The translations under genes and the position numbers were made by a program. Shown one piece after another: positions 36,544 to 49,696 of a stretch of DNA of 63,552 nt (positions within the stretch are counted from its first letter, which is position 1; the number at the start of each line of letters is the position of its first letter). The DNA is from Octopus bimaculoides (lineage: Eukaryota): contig NC_068988.1 of NCBI RefSeq assembly GCF_001194135.2, forward strand, positions 47,295,586-47,359,137, in the 5' to 3' direction. Under the pieces are notes generated by a model that saw nothing but the letters and a program-made list of their open reading frames with translations, had not been told where the DNA came from and ran no database searches.

Positions 36544-37719
36544 AATGTTTTCTTTTACGTATTTCAGTCATTGGAAGGTGAGCTTCTTAACGGCATGGCC
36601 ATGCGTGTGCTAATATATACTCACACTTATAGACACATGGACACACAAATACATATCTATATGTGTTTTATATATATGTTATTGGGGTAATTTTTGTAGT
36701 AATGTGCATTCGTTTCTGAAAACTGGTGATTCGGCCGAGACAACCAATATCCGTACCAATCTTTAAGATTAACTCAACTGATTAAACCATTGAATGTAGT
36801 GTTCCGGTTGGGCCGTACGCCAATGATAGAGGCAAGAAAAGAATAATAGAAAAGAAATACAACAGAATGTTGTATGTTCATATTTCATAAATATATCATT
36901 TTCAAACATTTTTAGTCACTAAAGGAGGCAACTGTGCCATTCATCCTCAAATGTTTGTAATGAAAAGAAAGATCCATGTAGTTATAGTTCATCTTGAACA
37001 ACTGTAGAAAATAAATTTCACCCAGAAGCAATCTTCATTCGGGTGAAATTCTCTTGCAAAAGAAAAGTCAGTGTATATGCAAGGAAGGGGAGATAGTCTA
37101 TGTTACGAGAGAAAGCGAAGTGTATATAATGATGATTGTGCATCAATATGTATATAAATAATTGCGTGCATATGTATGTGTATATGTCAATGTGTGTGTA
37201 TGTCTATGTATATATCTAGGTGTGTGTTTGTTATCCATATAGCCTCTTCTATCACATGCTTTAAGGCAAGATACACAGATTTCTATTAGCAATAACTTCA
37301 AGGGCAAAGCACTCTTATCAGCATACCGAGACTGAGTATTAAACTAGGGGCTATCCGAACTGGGGTTAAATAAGCAATAATCAGCTGTTCACAATTTCCA
37401 CAAAGTCAAATGTCCTACAGTTTTAGTGTTATCAGAACAAGACTTGCTTACATAGATTAAGATAAACTGGATTATCATTACAAAAATTTAACCGTTAACA
37501 GATTTTTTCCTACGGGGTTATAACGCGGAATTCCTTTGCACTTTAAGTCCAATAGAACACGGTTATTGGAACATCTTTAGGTGGGAAAAGTATCAATCGA
37601 TAAATTTGTGAATTTTGAACAACAGTAGATGATATCGCATTTCAGCAGAGTTGAATTTTCTCAGAGCCTAATATTACCGTTGTCTAATGTGTAAGCAAAA
37701 AAGGCAGTTTTAAAAATGC

Positions 37720-37787
37720 AAATTTTCTGGTTATTCAAATTTTCTGGTGATTCAAATTTTCTGGTTATTCAAATTTCCTGGTTATTT
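37720..37787. repeat. 4 x 17-bp tandem repeat AAATTTTCTGGTTATTC
   Basis: Units at 37720, 37737, 37754 and 37771. Confidence 0.95.
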
Positions 37788-37799
37788 ACTGGATTTATT

Positions 37800-38070
37800 C
37801 AAGAGAAGTGTCATATATTTGGAAAGATATGCAAATAGTGTTGCAAAAAGAATCGTTTTCAATCAAATGGTCGCTTTAAAAAGAAAAGTGTGGAACATAT
37901 GGAATTTGTGGAACAAAACCGATGATGATCGTTCTGATATTACAATAATTGTGGTTACACAACAAAGGAAGGAAAGTATTACATTCAAGTTAAACTGAAT
38001 AACATCAATTCGGATATACGAGTGGATATTGGTAGCCGGTTTACCTTGATTCAGGTGAACTAATATCCGC
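37800..38070 (+). pseudogene. Possible Gypsy/Ty3 gag knuckle and protease remnant
   Basis: FGKICK*CCKKNRFQSNGRFK (decayed CCHC) followed by YYIQVKLNNINSDIRVDIGSRFTLI (D(T/I)G aspartic protease-like). Confidence 0.5.
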
Positions 38071-38735
38071 TGAAACATCTCAAAAGCCACTTAAAAAAGT
38101 GGTTTCAGTTTGATGAGTCAATGTTTAAAACAGTGGGGATTTTTATGATATTTTAGAAACAGGAACTCAAGATTATACCAATAGTGACCTGGAAGTGCAA
38201 CAAAAAAAAAAAGCTATTGCCTTGCAACTAAAATACTAAATAATGTTACAGCAAGTTTTATCTACACTATGGAGTCTGAGAATTAATTGGTCGTGTACTT
38301 AGATAATACAAAACTAATAATCCTTGACAGAAGACATTCATTTAGTAACGATGTTAAGAGAAATAAGATAAATACATTCTGGTGACTATGAGTTATTTTG
38401 ACTATTATTTCTAGCAATACTGGTGCTGAATAATGCTTTTAGTCACTTTAGTGACATCTACATTTCTGCCTTTCGGTTGTAAATTTCAAATAAGCCATCT
38501 TTATTAGTATAATTTTCACTTTTACCATGAAAAATACAACTTTCGAAATTGGTATCTAAGCATCGATATTTTGTTGCGAATTACAGTTAAAAGAAAGGAG
38601 TATAAAGAACTTTGCGGTTAAATTTTTTTTTCAGGCTCTGGAACGCAATTGAGGTTCTCTGCTTTACATCTTGATTTTAGGCCATTGTGTTAAAATTAAT
38701 GATCGTGTTAAATTTAGTGTTGTTTATATTTACTG

Positions 38736-39810
38736 GTGACTCATGAGCTAATAACACGGCATGATATTGAATGCCCAATATTTGGTATTCCATGTGATCT
38801 TAGCGAGCGAGTTTTGACAACTTACAAGGACGTACTAAAATGTGCTATATTTGAACGAGAAAGAGAAAAGAATGTAGTTAAGAAAGATCCTTCAATTAAG
38901 CAAATTGTCATGATTGTAGCAGAAAAGATAATTCTTCTTGGCAAAAGGCTTCCATCACTTGTGTTACGATTGAATCAGTTAAACCGAAAATCTTAAACGT
39001 TTATCTAAAGTACCAAGCATTACTAAAATGCGAAAAATAAAAAAAAATGTGCCATCGTTTCGAACACAGTGTAATATGTTTAAAAACAATGCAACAAAAA
39101 AACTGCAGTTGTTGAAGAGACAAAAAAGTACCACAGAGAGAAGATTTTTTACAAGTTCAATGGACTATATGAAAAATGATCATTGGCGGAATAGATCAAG
39201 CAGTATCTAAATGGAACGCTCAGAGGTTGATTACAGAAGGTCGGCCAGATCACAGTCGCCCTTCTACGTCAGCAAAGGAAGATTTTCGGTTTAACTGACT
39301 CAATCGTAACACAAGGGAGGGATGCCTTTTACCTAAGAAGAATTTCTGCTACAATCTTGACAATTTGTTTAATTTATTTTAATGTGTATGTAATCTAAAC
39401 CTCATGTAACACATATAGTCGGTGACCTAGTATCCAAAATAATAAAGAAAACGAAGTCGAAAAGTCTATTTATTTCACATCCTTTCGAAATTTCAAGTGT
39501 GTTGCGGTGCCTGAAGATATTAATTTTATAGGTTGAAATTTTAACATTCTGGTTTTTAAAGGGTTTCGCAAAAGCAAATTTGATTCATAATAATGAATCT
39601 GAAAACTAAAATGAGGAATGGAAAACGTGTTATAAATTGATCTTTCGCTAATTATTCAAAATTTTAAGTGGACTGCGGAGATTGAAATTGTAAATTTTAG
39701 ATCTCCGAATTTTAACACAATTGTTTTTGAGAAGTGTCACGATAAGAATTATATTCTTCAAAAAATATTTCAAAAATCTTTGTAAAATGTACCTTTTCGC
39801 CCCAACCTAG
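38736..39810 (+). mobile_element. DNA transposon remnant (hAT-like, subfamily uncertain): transposase N-terminus and one terminus
   Basis: CPIFGIPCDLSERVLTTYKDVLK...KDPSIKQIVMIVAEKI, then KVPQRE.F and MIIG.IDQ-like pieces; the terminus reads CTAGGTTGGGGCGAAAAGG on the minus strand at 39810. Confidence 0.45.
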
Positions 39811-39811
39811 T

Positions 39812-39874
<63 letters not shown>

Positions 39875-40338
39875 NNNNNNNNNNNNNNNNNNNNNNNNNN
39901 NNNNNNNNNNNNNNNNNNNNNNNNNNNNNNNNNNNNNNNNNNNNNNNNNNNNNNNNNNNNNNNNNNNNNNNNNNNNNNNNNNNNNNNNNNNNNNNNNNNN
40001 NNNNNNNNNNNNNNNNNNNNNNNNNNNNNNNNNNNNNNNNNNNNNNNNNNNNNNNNNNNNNNNNNNNNNNNNNNNNNNNNNNNNNNNNNNNNNNNNNNNN
40101 NNNNNNNNNNNNNNNNNNNNNNNNNNNNNNNNNNNNNNNNNNNNNNNNNNNNNNNNNNNNNNNNNNNNNNNNNNNNNNNNNNNNNNNNNNNNNNNNNNNN
40201 NNNNNNNNNNNNNNNNNNNNNNNNNNNNNNNNNNNNNNNNNNNNNNNNNNNNNNNNNNNNNNNNNNNNNNNNNNNNNNNNNNNNNNNNNNNNNNNNNNNN
40301 NNNNNNNNNNNNNNNNNNNNNNNNNNNNNNNNNNNNNN

Positions 40339-40369
<31 letters not shown>

Positions 40370-40559
40370 TATTTATTACGTGTTGGGATTTGGATTGCAA
40401 GATTCCTCATGTGAGTTCGTGTGTTGAAGCATATTTTGTTATTTAACACACTCACCTGTAAGTTTCCACTCATTTACTTTATTTTTCCTAAAACTTTCGT
40501 TGTGTCTTGCAACCTTTTCAATAGTCGTTGACTGTCCGTTATCCGAGCCGCGTTCTTTT

Positions 40560-41403
40560 TGTTTGTTTGTGCGCATGTGTTGGCCAGTGTATGTGCGCAT
40601 ACACATGCATGCATGTAAGTGTGTGTAAGCATGTATGTATATGTGTATGTGCGTATGTATATATGTATGTATGTGTGTACGTTCGTATGTATATATTCTG
40701 CATATCTATGTGTTTGTATTTGTGCGTTTGCATGTTCGTGTTTGTGTGTTTTAATGTGTGTGTATGTTTGCATGTGTGTGCGCGTGTGTATCTCTGTCCC
40801 TTGAGTGTGTATTTCTGACTGTTTCTGTGTGTGTATATGTTTTTGTGACTATACATGGATGTGTATCTCCATATGTGTGGATGTGTGTCTACATGTGTGT
40901 CGTTGTGTGAAGTGAAGTGTGTGTGTATATGGTCATGTGTTTCAGTCTCCATTTGCGTATGTGTGTGTGTGTATGTTCGCTTGTGTATGTGCACTTGTCT
41001 GTTCGTGGACAAGCACACATACATACACATATGCGCAAATGAAGACTGAAACTCATGACCATATACACACACACTTCACTTCACACAACGACGCATATGG
41101 GGCACACATTCACACATATGGAGATACATATCCATACATACAGACACAGTACATAGTCACAAAAACACATAGACACACATGCACACAGAGCCAGACATGC
41201 ACACACAAGGAGACAGAGGTACACCCACATGCAAACACACAAACACGAACACACAAACATAAATACATGAATATGGAGATTGCATAAAAACGTACACGCA
41301 TACATATATATGTACGCACACGCACATATAACATACATGCACATAGGTATACATACACGTGTATGCGCACACACACTGACCCACACATGCGCACAAACAA
41401 ACA
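40560..41403. repeat. ~844-bp imperfect palindrome of complex TG/CA-rich sequence
   Basis: Arms 40560-40999 and 41008-41403, 8-nt loop TGTTCGTG; 40899-40957 matches the reverse complement of 41034-41092 at 57/59. Confidence 0.95.
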
Positions 41404-42075
41404 ATGTGCGACACTTGTAATCTAAGAAAAGCCAGACATAGATTTATGCATGTTCAACTTCGAAATATGAATCCACACGTTTCACTAACTGACTGGGATG
41501 GAGGATTTTCTTTTATGCAAATTACGCTACAAAATCCAAATAAATGATCATTTCAAAGCTATCGATACACGTAACCTGCGGTTGTTTATTGTGATGACAC
41601 GAATATCTTATGGCATAAGAACTGCCTGCAAAAACTAAGTTACAACGTGCAATAGAAATGATATTGAGGCTGCTATAAAATGCAGAATATCAGATATTTT
41701 TATTTCTTAATGTTTGGTTGCAGTAACCGAGGAGAAATTGCACCTGAAAACCAAGAATATGCTGGAATTTCTGAAAGAGGAGCATTACTTTTAATTCAAG
41801 GAAACATATCTTTAAAGACGGCGTCGTTTGGGTGATGTTCCATTTAAAGGAAGATGTCACATTTCAGAGGAAGCTGCTTCTCAGATCAACGCCAAGAAGG
41901 TATTAGATGTATATTTATCCCCTTAAAAAGTCAGTCGGTGTATATTTATATATTTGTGAAAGCTTATGCTTCATAATTACCAAATTACTTTAAAATGGTT
42001 CACTAATTTGCGAATTACGCAAGAAAATATTGAATTTGGTTAAACAAATATATCTAATAATTTAACATGTACGAT

Positions 42076-42300
42076 CTTTTATCTTTTACTTGTTTAAGTC
42101 ATTTGACTGCAGCCATACTGGGGTACACACTTGAAGGGTTTTAATCGAACAAATCGACCCCAGAGATTATATTTTTGAAGCCTAGTACTTTTTTATCAGT
42201 CGCTTTTGCCGAACCTCTAAGATATGGGGAGGGAAACACACACAAACACCAGTTGTCAAGCAGGGAGGCGGGAGCAAACACAGACACAAAGACACACACG
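42076..42300 (-). mobile_element. SINE tail C
   Basis: TTACTTGTTTAAGTCATTTGACTGCAGCCATACTGGGG...TTTTGCCGAACCTCTAAG. Confidence 0.8.
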
Positions 42301-42439
42301 TATATATATATTTTATTGTGTGAATGGTATTTTTATATAAGCTTACATCGTATGGTGATCCCCGTGCAACGACTAATGAAAATAGTCTAATAACGGAGCA
42401 TATAAGCCATCGAAAGTAAAAAAGACTTTCCTTTAAGAC

Positions 42440-42549
42440 CATCAGATTTTAAAACAGTTAATTTAAAAGGCTGTCGCAATAAAAAAAATATTCATGAAAA
42501 AATATTTCGGAAATCTTTATAAAATGTCCCTTTTTCGCTCCACCCTAAT
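42440..42549 (+). mobile_element. Second DNA transposon terminus related to 39712-39810
   Basis: Minus strand TTAGGGTGGAGCGAAAAAGGGACATTTTATAAAGATTTCCGAAATATTTTTT parallels CTAGGTTGGGGCGAAAAGGTACATTTTACAAAGATTTTTGAAATATTTTTT. Confidence 0.6.
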
Positions 42550-43177
42550 ATATATANNNNNNNNNNNNNNNNNNNNNNNNNNNNNNNNNNNNNNNNNNNN
42601 NNNNNNNNNNNNNNNNNNNNNNNNNNNNNNNNNNNNNNNNNNNNNNNNNNNNNNNNNNNNNNNNNNNNNNNNNNNNNNNNNNNNNNNNNNNNNNNNNNNN
42701 NNNNNNNNNNNNNNNNNNNNNNNNNNNNNNNNNNNNNNNNNNNNNNNNNNNNNNNNNNNNNNNNNNNNNNNNNNNNNNNNNNNNNNNNNNNNNNNNNNNN
42801 NNNNNNNNNNNNNNNNNNNNNNNNNNNNNNNNNNNNNNNNNNNNNNNNNNNNNNNNNNNNNNNNNNNNNNNNNNNNNNNNNNNNNNNNNNNNNNNNNNNN
42901 NNNNNNNNNNNNNNNNNNNNNNNNNNNNNNNNNNNNNNNNNNNNNNNNNNNNNNNNNNNNNNNNNNNNNNNNNNNNNNNNNNNNNNNNNNNNNNNNNNNN
43001 NNNNNNNNNNNNNNNNNNNNNNNNNNNNNNNNNNNNNNNNNNNNNNNNNNNNNNNNNNNNNNNNNNNNNNNNNNNNNNNNNNNNNNNNNNNNNNNNNNNN
43101 NNNNNNNNNNNNNNNNNNNNNNNNNNNNNNNATATATATATATATATAAATATATATACATATATATACATACACAT

Positions 43178-43240
43178 TACTAGCTTTCAGTTTCCGTCTA
43201 TCCAATCCACTCATAAGGCTTTTGGTCGCCCAGCGTCAAT
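43178..43240 (-). mobile_element. SINE B fragment
   Basis: CTTTCAGTTTCCGTCTATCCAATCCACTCATAAGGCTTTTGGTCG. Confidence 0.65.
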
Positions 43241-44886
43241 AGTATATGCTTTGTTTGAGAACGGTTGGTTTGGAGGTATATTTGTATGCATGTATTGTAA
43301 GTTATGTGACAGTGTACGCAAGCACTTTGATGAACAGTGTGTCCCATAATTTGCAAAAGTTAAAGAAACTATTTTGAAATACCCTATATTGCACCTTCAC
43401 ATTATGTATTATCTAAACCAATTCTTCATGAATTATTTACCTCTTAACAGTAGAAAGTTACCTACTTCTATAAATACCGAATTTCTTGTAGATTGTATTA
43501 TCATTTCCAAATTGTATACCCACTTTTCTCTCTATTGTGTAAAAATGGAAAGAAAAAAAGTCATATATTAATAGTTTGTACAAATCATATGCATACTTTA
43601 TCTGGCCCTAGAGATGGAACAAATGTTATGCTATAAAGCTTACTAGCATTCTTATGACAGTAGCCGAAGGGTTGATAGGTCTACACATGTCAGGTCACAT
43701 AGAAAAGGAACAAAAACAGAATAGATATAAAAGAAACAAGAATATAATAAGCACCACCTGTTGACAATCCCTTTTGAGTCATTGGCTGTAGTAGATCTCT
43801 ATATTCATTCAAGTCTGTGTGTATATCTGTGTGTTTGGATAAATATGTTAGAGTATTATTATATAGTTAACTTTAAATAAAATATATAACAAGCGCTACA
43901 GATTGCTTCAAGAGCATGATAAGCACGTAAACCACGATGGAGATATAAAACAGTTGATGGTCCTTTCTCCGTAATGCTCCGAAGTGCAAGTATTTCAGAT
44001 TTTGAGATGATTATTCTGCATCTATAAAATAGAATCGGTAGAGCAAGGGATCTCATCTAAACATGTCATTTATTTATATTTTATGGTATAGTGTATACAT
44101 TACTGTGAAGGCATTTTATATAAATTTGAAGCAAAAACTGCTTTGCACGATATGTAACAGTTTCATTTTGGGAATATATTCCAAGTTTCACTAAAATATA
44201 TCCACTTATTACAGTGGTTCACATATTTGAAAATACCTGCCCACGCCAAAATATTTATAACATTGTTAGCTACATCTTTGTTATTAAGAAAATAAAATTC
44301 TTCTTTCTTTAATGGTGGGGTTCGAAACTTAAAACTTTCGGTAAACATCGTAGTTAAATAGCAATTTATTTACCCTTGTAAATAACACTGGTCTATCTTA
44401 TTTTCATCTCTTCATCAGCAAGAAACCGCTGTGATTCTCAACTGCTCATAGTATTTCTACGGTACTATANNNNNNNNNNNNNNNNNNNNNNNNNNNNNNN
44501 NNNNNNNNNNNNNNNNNNNNNNNNNNNNNNNNNNNNNNNNNNNNNNNNNNNNNNNNNNNNNNNNNNNNNNNNNNNNNNNNNNNNNNNNNNNNNNNNNNNN
44601 NNNNNNNNNNNNNNNNNNNNNNNNNNNNNNNNNNNNNNNNNNNNNNNNNNNNNNNNNNNNNNNNNNNNNNNNNNNNNNNNNNNNNNNNNNNNNNNNNNNN
44701 NNNNNNNNNNNNNNNNNNNNNNNNNNNNNNNNNNNNNNNNNNNNNNNNNNNNNNNNNNNNNNNNNNNNNNNNNNNNNNNNNNNNNNNNNNNNNNNNNNNN
44801 NNNNNNNNNNNNNNNNNNNNNNNNNNNNNNNNNNNNNNNNNNNNNNNNNNNNNNNNNNNNNNNNNNNNNNNNNNNNNNNNNNNNNN

Positions 44887-44935
<49 letters not shown>

Positions 44936-47900
44936 AGCACGTGTGTGTATATATATATATATATATACACATATGTAAAAACAGTTTTCGTTTATATTTT
45001 TGCATTAGCTGGGTATCAAAATCTGTCTCACTACTTCTGATTTTCAATCTGGAAAAATCTACAGTCAAGGTCTTTGATAAATCATTTCATTCCCTCACAG
45101 TTTGCCAGACATTAAACTTGGTCTAGTCTCCACAGCGTATTTTCTATCACTTTAAATAGACGTTAAGTTTACTTAAATTTTCTTTTTACCGATGGCCATT
45201 TATCTGCTTGCTCGTATTTATACTACGACACAAAATATTCCATTAAAAGCATAACATTAAAATACATATGTACATTTTCCTCAACATATCTACAACGCAA
45301 ATTATCTAATTGACTTATCGATGTACATGTTTACACATTTTATGTAAACTTGGCTTTGATTGTTATAAATTATGATTTGAAATCTTCTATGTCTGAATTC
45401 CGTTCTATTTTAATGTACATTCACAAACTAAGTTCTGAGAAATTATTATTCTATTTTTGCTTTTTCTAATTTAAGAGTCTGCCTGCAGAAATTTACATTT
45501 TTGTTTAAGAAATAAAAGGAAAATTATATACGACCAATCTTGTTATTCCTTCGAACAATCTTTCTTCTTTTTCTTTCTTTCTTTTCTTTCTTTCTCTTTT
45601 TCTTTTGTTTTGTTTTGAATAAGCATTAGCATTAAGGTTACTAGTACAAGTAGGTAGCAGAAATCCCATTATTACAATACTGTGGCACACTGAGGCAAAT
45701 TTGTTGAAACGTCATATTTGTCTCCGCTGTCTGTCTCATCCATTTTTACTCCTTTAAAAAAGTTTTTGACTCTTTAAGTCAAAAACTTTTTAAATGACCA
45801 AACTATTGCGATGAAGTAAATTCCAGATACTATCCTTTAATGAATTTAAACGAGCTATATATTTTCACAACCGTGGCTGATGTGGTAGCGGTAGAATATA
45901 TAAGTAGGAAGCTGTTGTTTTAGATAAACATTTGTTATTATAACTGACAATGATTTTCGTTTTATTTCCACTTTTCTTTTATTCATGACTTCCCGACTGG
46001 CTGTTTGTATGAACTTAAAATATGTTACCGATACGTAAACGAAGTTATGTTTCAATTCTATACTGTACTAGAGAATACATTCATAGATTCTATTGAACGC
46101 TGTAATAGACAGATATAAACATTTGTCTTTATTTACGATATCTTCACAGACAGAAAAAGAGGTTTCAGCCGAACATGTACAAAATCTATAGACATATTCT
46201 TTACTAAAGAATAGCATAAAACAAATTGCTATCAATACACCATAATTCGAAATAGTTACCAAGAATAACTTGCATGCAATTCGATCTTTTCATTATTTTA
46301 AGTCCTTATTAAAAGAATGTCTCCTGGGGTATTTACCGAAGATACTCACTTTCTGGTGAAAATTCAACAGATGATTTGAAATGGCCCCTCGGTTTTTCTG
46401 TCCTCGAATATATTAAGTATAAAGAAGTGTTTTATACACATTTGTGTTGTATAGATTGTTAAAAAAACTCTATCATTCTCATTACACCCCTCCCACAGAG
46501 ACACAGAGACACAAACACATATACATATATATCAGACAAGAGAAGTGGTGTAAGAAAGCAGATGCTTATTCTATGTTTACAACTGTTTCATAATATTGTT
46601 ACTTATATAATAGATGATTCATCGATATTAGCATACATAAAAAATACATATATTTGTATATATGTATATATATGTATGTATATATATATATATATATATA
46701 TATNNNNNNNNNNNNNNNNNNNNNNNNNNNNNNNNNNNNNNNNNNNNNNNNNNNNNNNNNNNNNNNNNNNNNNNNNNNNNNNNNNNNNNNNNNNNNNNNN
46801 NNNNNNNNNNNNNNNNNNNNNNNNNNNNNNNNNNNNNNNNNNNNNNNNNNNNNNNNNNNNNNNNNNNNNNNNNNNNNNNNNNNNNNNNNNNNNNNNNNNN
46901 NNNNNNNNNNNNNNNNNNNNNNNNNNNNNNNNNNNNNNNNNNNNNNNNNNNNNNNNNNNNNNNNNNNNNNNNNNNNNNNNNNNNNNNNNNNNNNNNNNNN
47001 NNNNNNNNNNNNNNNNNNNNNNNNNNNNNNNNNNNNNNNNNNNNNNNNNNNNNNNNNNNATATATATATATATATATACATATATATACACGCACACATA
47101 CATATACATACACACGTACAGTTATTACTTGTACTTGTGTGTGCATATTGTACCGTGGTCATATTGTTGAGCCTCCATTGGTGTCAGTGTAAACGACATG
47201 CATTGGTAAAGCAGAGAGACTTTCCATCTCACATGTGTTTGCCTTTCTTGACGTAATGAGTTTATCTGGTACCTACGATAGAAATTTTACTGTCTTTTAA
47301 ATCACGCCAACTCTTCGTAGAATACTATGGTTCTTTGACTAATTGCTGAAAAAGCGCGAGGTGTTGAACTTTAAACCATTACCCTATTTTATTTTTACTC
47401 CAGATGGAGAGGGTCGTTCATTTGGTAGTATGTGGTAGCATCCATTTCGATGTTTGTAAACTTTTCAATTCCGAAGTTTGGCGCTAGGCACTAGAACATC
47501 ATCTTTATGCATATCCCTGCGTATCTTCAAATTTTGGCAGAAGGGAGCAGAGTTGTATTGTTTTTAGTACCATGTTTTTAACTGAACAGTCTTCGATTGC
47601 CTTGATCTCCAATTTTAATGTGATTTGATATTGCGACTTCAATTGTGAGCAATGTTCCAGGCCTCTGAGAACAAATGTTCTTCACAGAACCAAAATGGTT
47701 TTATTTTTGTTATTCTGAATCATCTACGAACAATGTGCAGATAATTAGCTTCTGAATCTCAAAAGCCAGCCAGCGATTTTGTATGATATTGTTGCTAATT
47801 TAGTAATATGTACATGGAATGACGCATTATTACTCTTCTTGATCCACAGATAGCACATTGATTATAAGTCCAGGTTTATTATAACCCTTATTTATTGGCA

Positions 47901-48789
47901 TACTGATTGCAGTCTATTTGAGAACTGAAAACAGAATACTTAAGATTTTTCAGCATTGAGCAGCACATTGTTTTCATCAGCCTACTTGTATATTGTATTC
48001 AGAGCTACCAGTGATATTTTTGTATAGCCTACGTGGCCGAATATCCACACTGGCAGTAATGGTTTCAGAAGAGTTCAGTAAGGTACACCACTTAAAATTG
48101 ATTTCTCTGTGGATTAAGCAACATAAACGTCAATTGACTGATTCCAACTTTTTAAAAATCCATGCATTCAGTCGCCAATAAAATTTAAAGCTGCAAAAGC
48201 TCACAGGTAAAATAGAAAGTTATTACTTACATTTACAGTGCCTACGCACACTCACATATTGGACACATATTCATAAATAAAACAAACACACACATACACA
48301 CATATATATATCTGTATAACTATAGATGCATACATGCATGTATATGTGAGTGTATACTTATACATATATGGCACATTATGTTTAGATATACTAATATACA
48401 TACATGTGTGTGTATTTCTATATATGCACACACATATACGTAGATAGATCGATAGGCACATAGATAGTTAGAAAGATGGCTACATACTGACATGCAGAAA
48501 CATATTTGTGTGTGTATGTGTGTGTTTGTGTGTATTGACAGTTCAAAAGCAATTTTAATGGTGTTCCACATTAAGATATAATGGATGTTATTGTATGATG
48601 TGCTGCAGTCGGATGTGAAGAAATGGAGAATTTACAAGGAATGTGTGTGGACGTGGATTCCTGAAAAGCATTTTCTTCTCCACCCCTTTTAACAATCCCT
48701 TACGGAAACCACCCTTCTCCTGTTCTTCTTTCTCCAAATCTTGCTACTGCCTTCCCACCTCTCATAACCAAACATTACTTTACATATAC

Positions 48790-48832
<43 letters not shown>

Positions 48833-49297
48833 CATTAACAGCATCTTCCAGTTCCTTCCTTTTCTTTGCCATCCACAAACAATATGTTCCCCATTGCCTC
48901 AGACACTCACCAATACGCTGTGTCTTTGTGAGATTGCCTCTACGCGATATGGTCAACTAGATAACTCAATAGAGGCTACTTAGTGGACAATTCATGTCCG
49001 AACAGCAGATGCATTACCGGTCACTCTTTTCAACGGAATGGCTCTCAATCTATTTTATGTTTTTGTCTGTAGAACCCTACGAAGAAACCTCTTTTCATCC
49101 TCTCCCTTCCACATACTCTCACTGTTTCTTCTGTACTCTCTATCTATGTTATCATTTCTGCCTCCGTGAATCTGTCTATTCCATTGGCTTATTTACTTTC
49201 CTCTCCTTCTTTACTCTCATTGTATCTCTATGTTTGTCTTTTTCTCATTTATTGCCCACTTCTCATACACATATATCCGAATATCCATCCATCTCTC

Positions 49298-49342
<45 letters not shown>

Positions 49343-49442
49343 CTCTGTCTCTCTCTCTCTGTATCAATTTATTTCTTATCAATTTATCAATTTGTCCATA
49401 TCCATATCAATCTATCTCTCTTTGTCTCTCTACTTCTATTTA

Positions 49443-49482
<40 letters not shown>

Positions 49483-49603
49483 CCTCTCTCTCACTCTCTC
49501 CCCAGATAAACGTGTTTGTGTATGCGTATATATGTATATGTATGTCAATAAGAGTATGTGGTTTATATATGGATATATGTATATATATATGTATATATAT
49601 ACG

Positions 49604-49650
<47 letters not shown>

Positions 49651-49665
49651 ACACAAACGCGCGCT

Positions 49666-49696
<31 letters not shown>

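Noticed and set aside
43859-46262. Short minus-strand ORFs (43859, 44163, 46068) with protein-like composition
   Set aside because: 60-65 aa, no recognisable domain, no consistent splice chain; within chance expectation.
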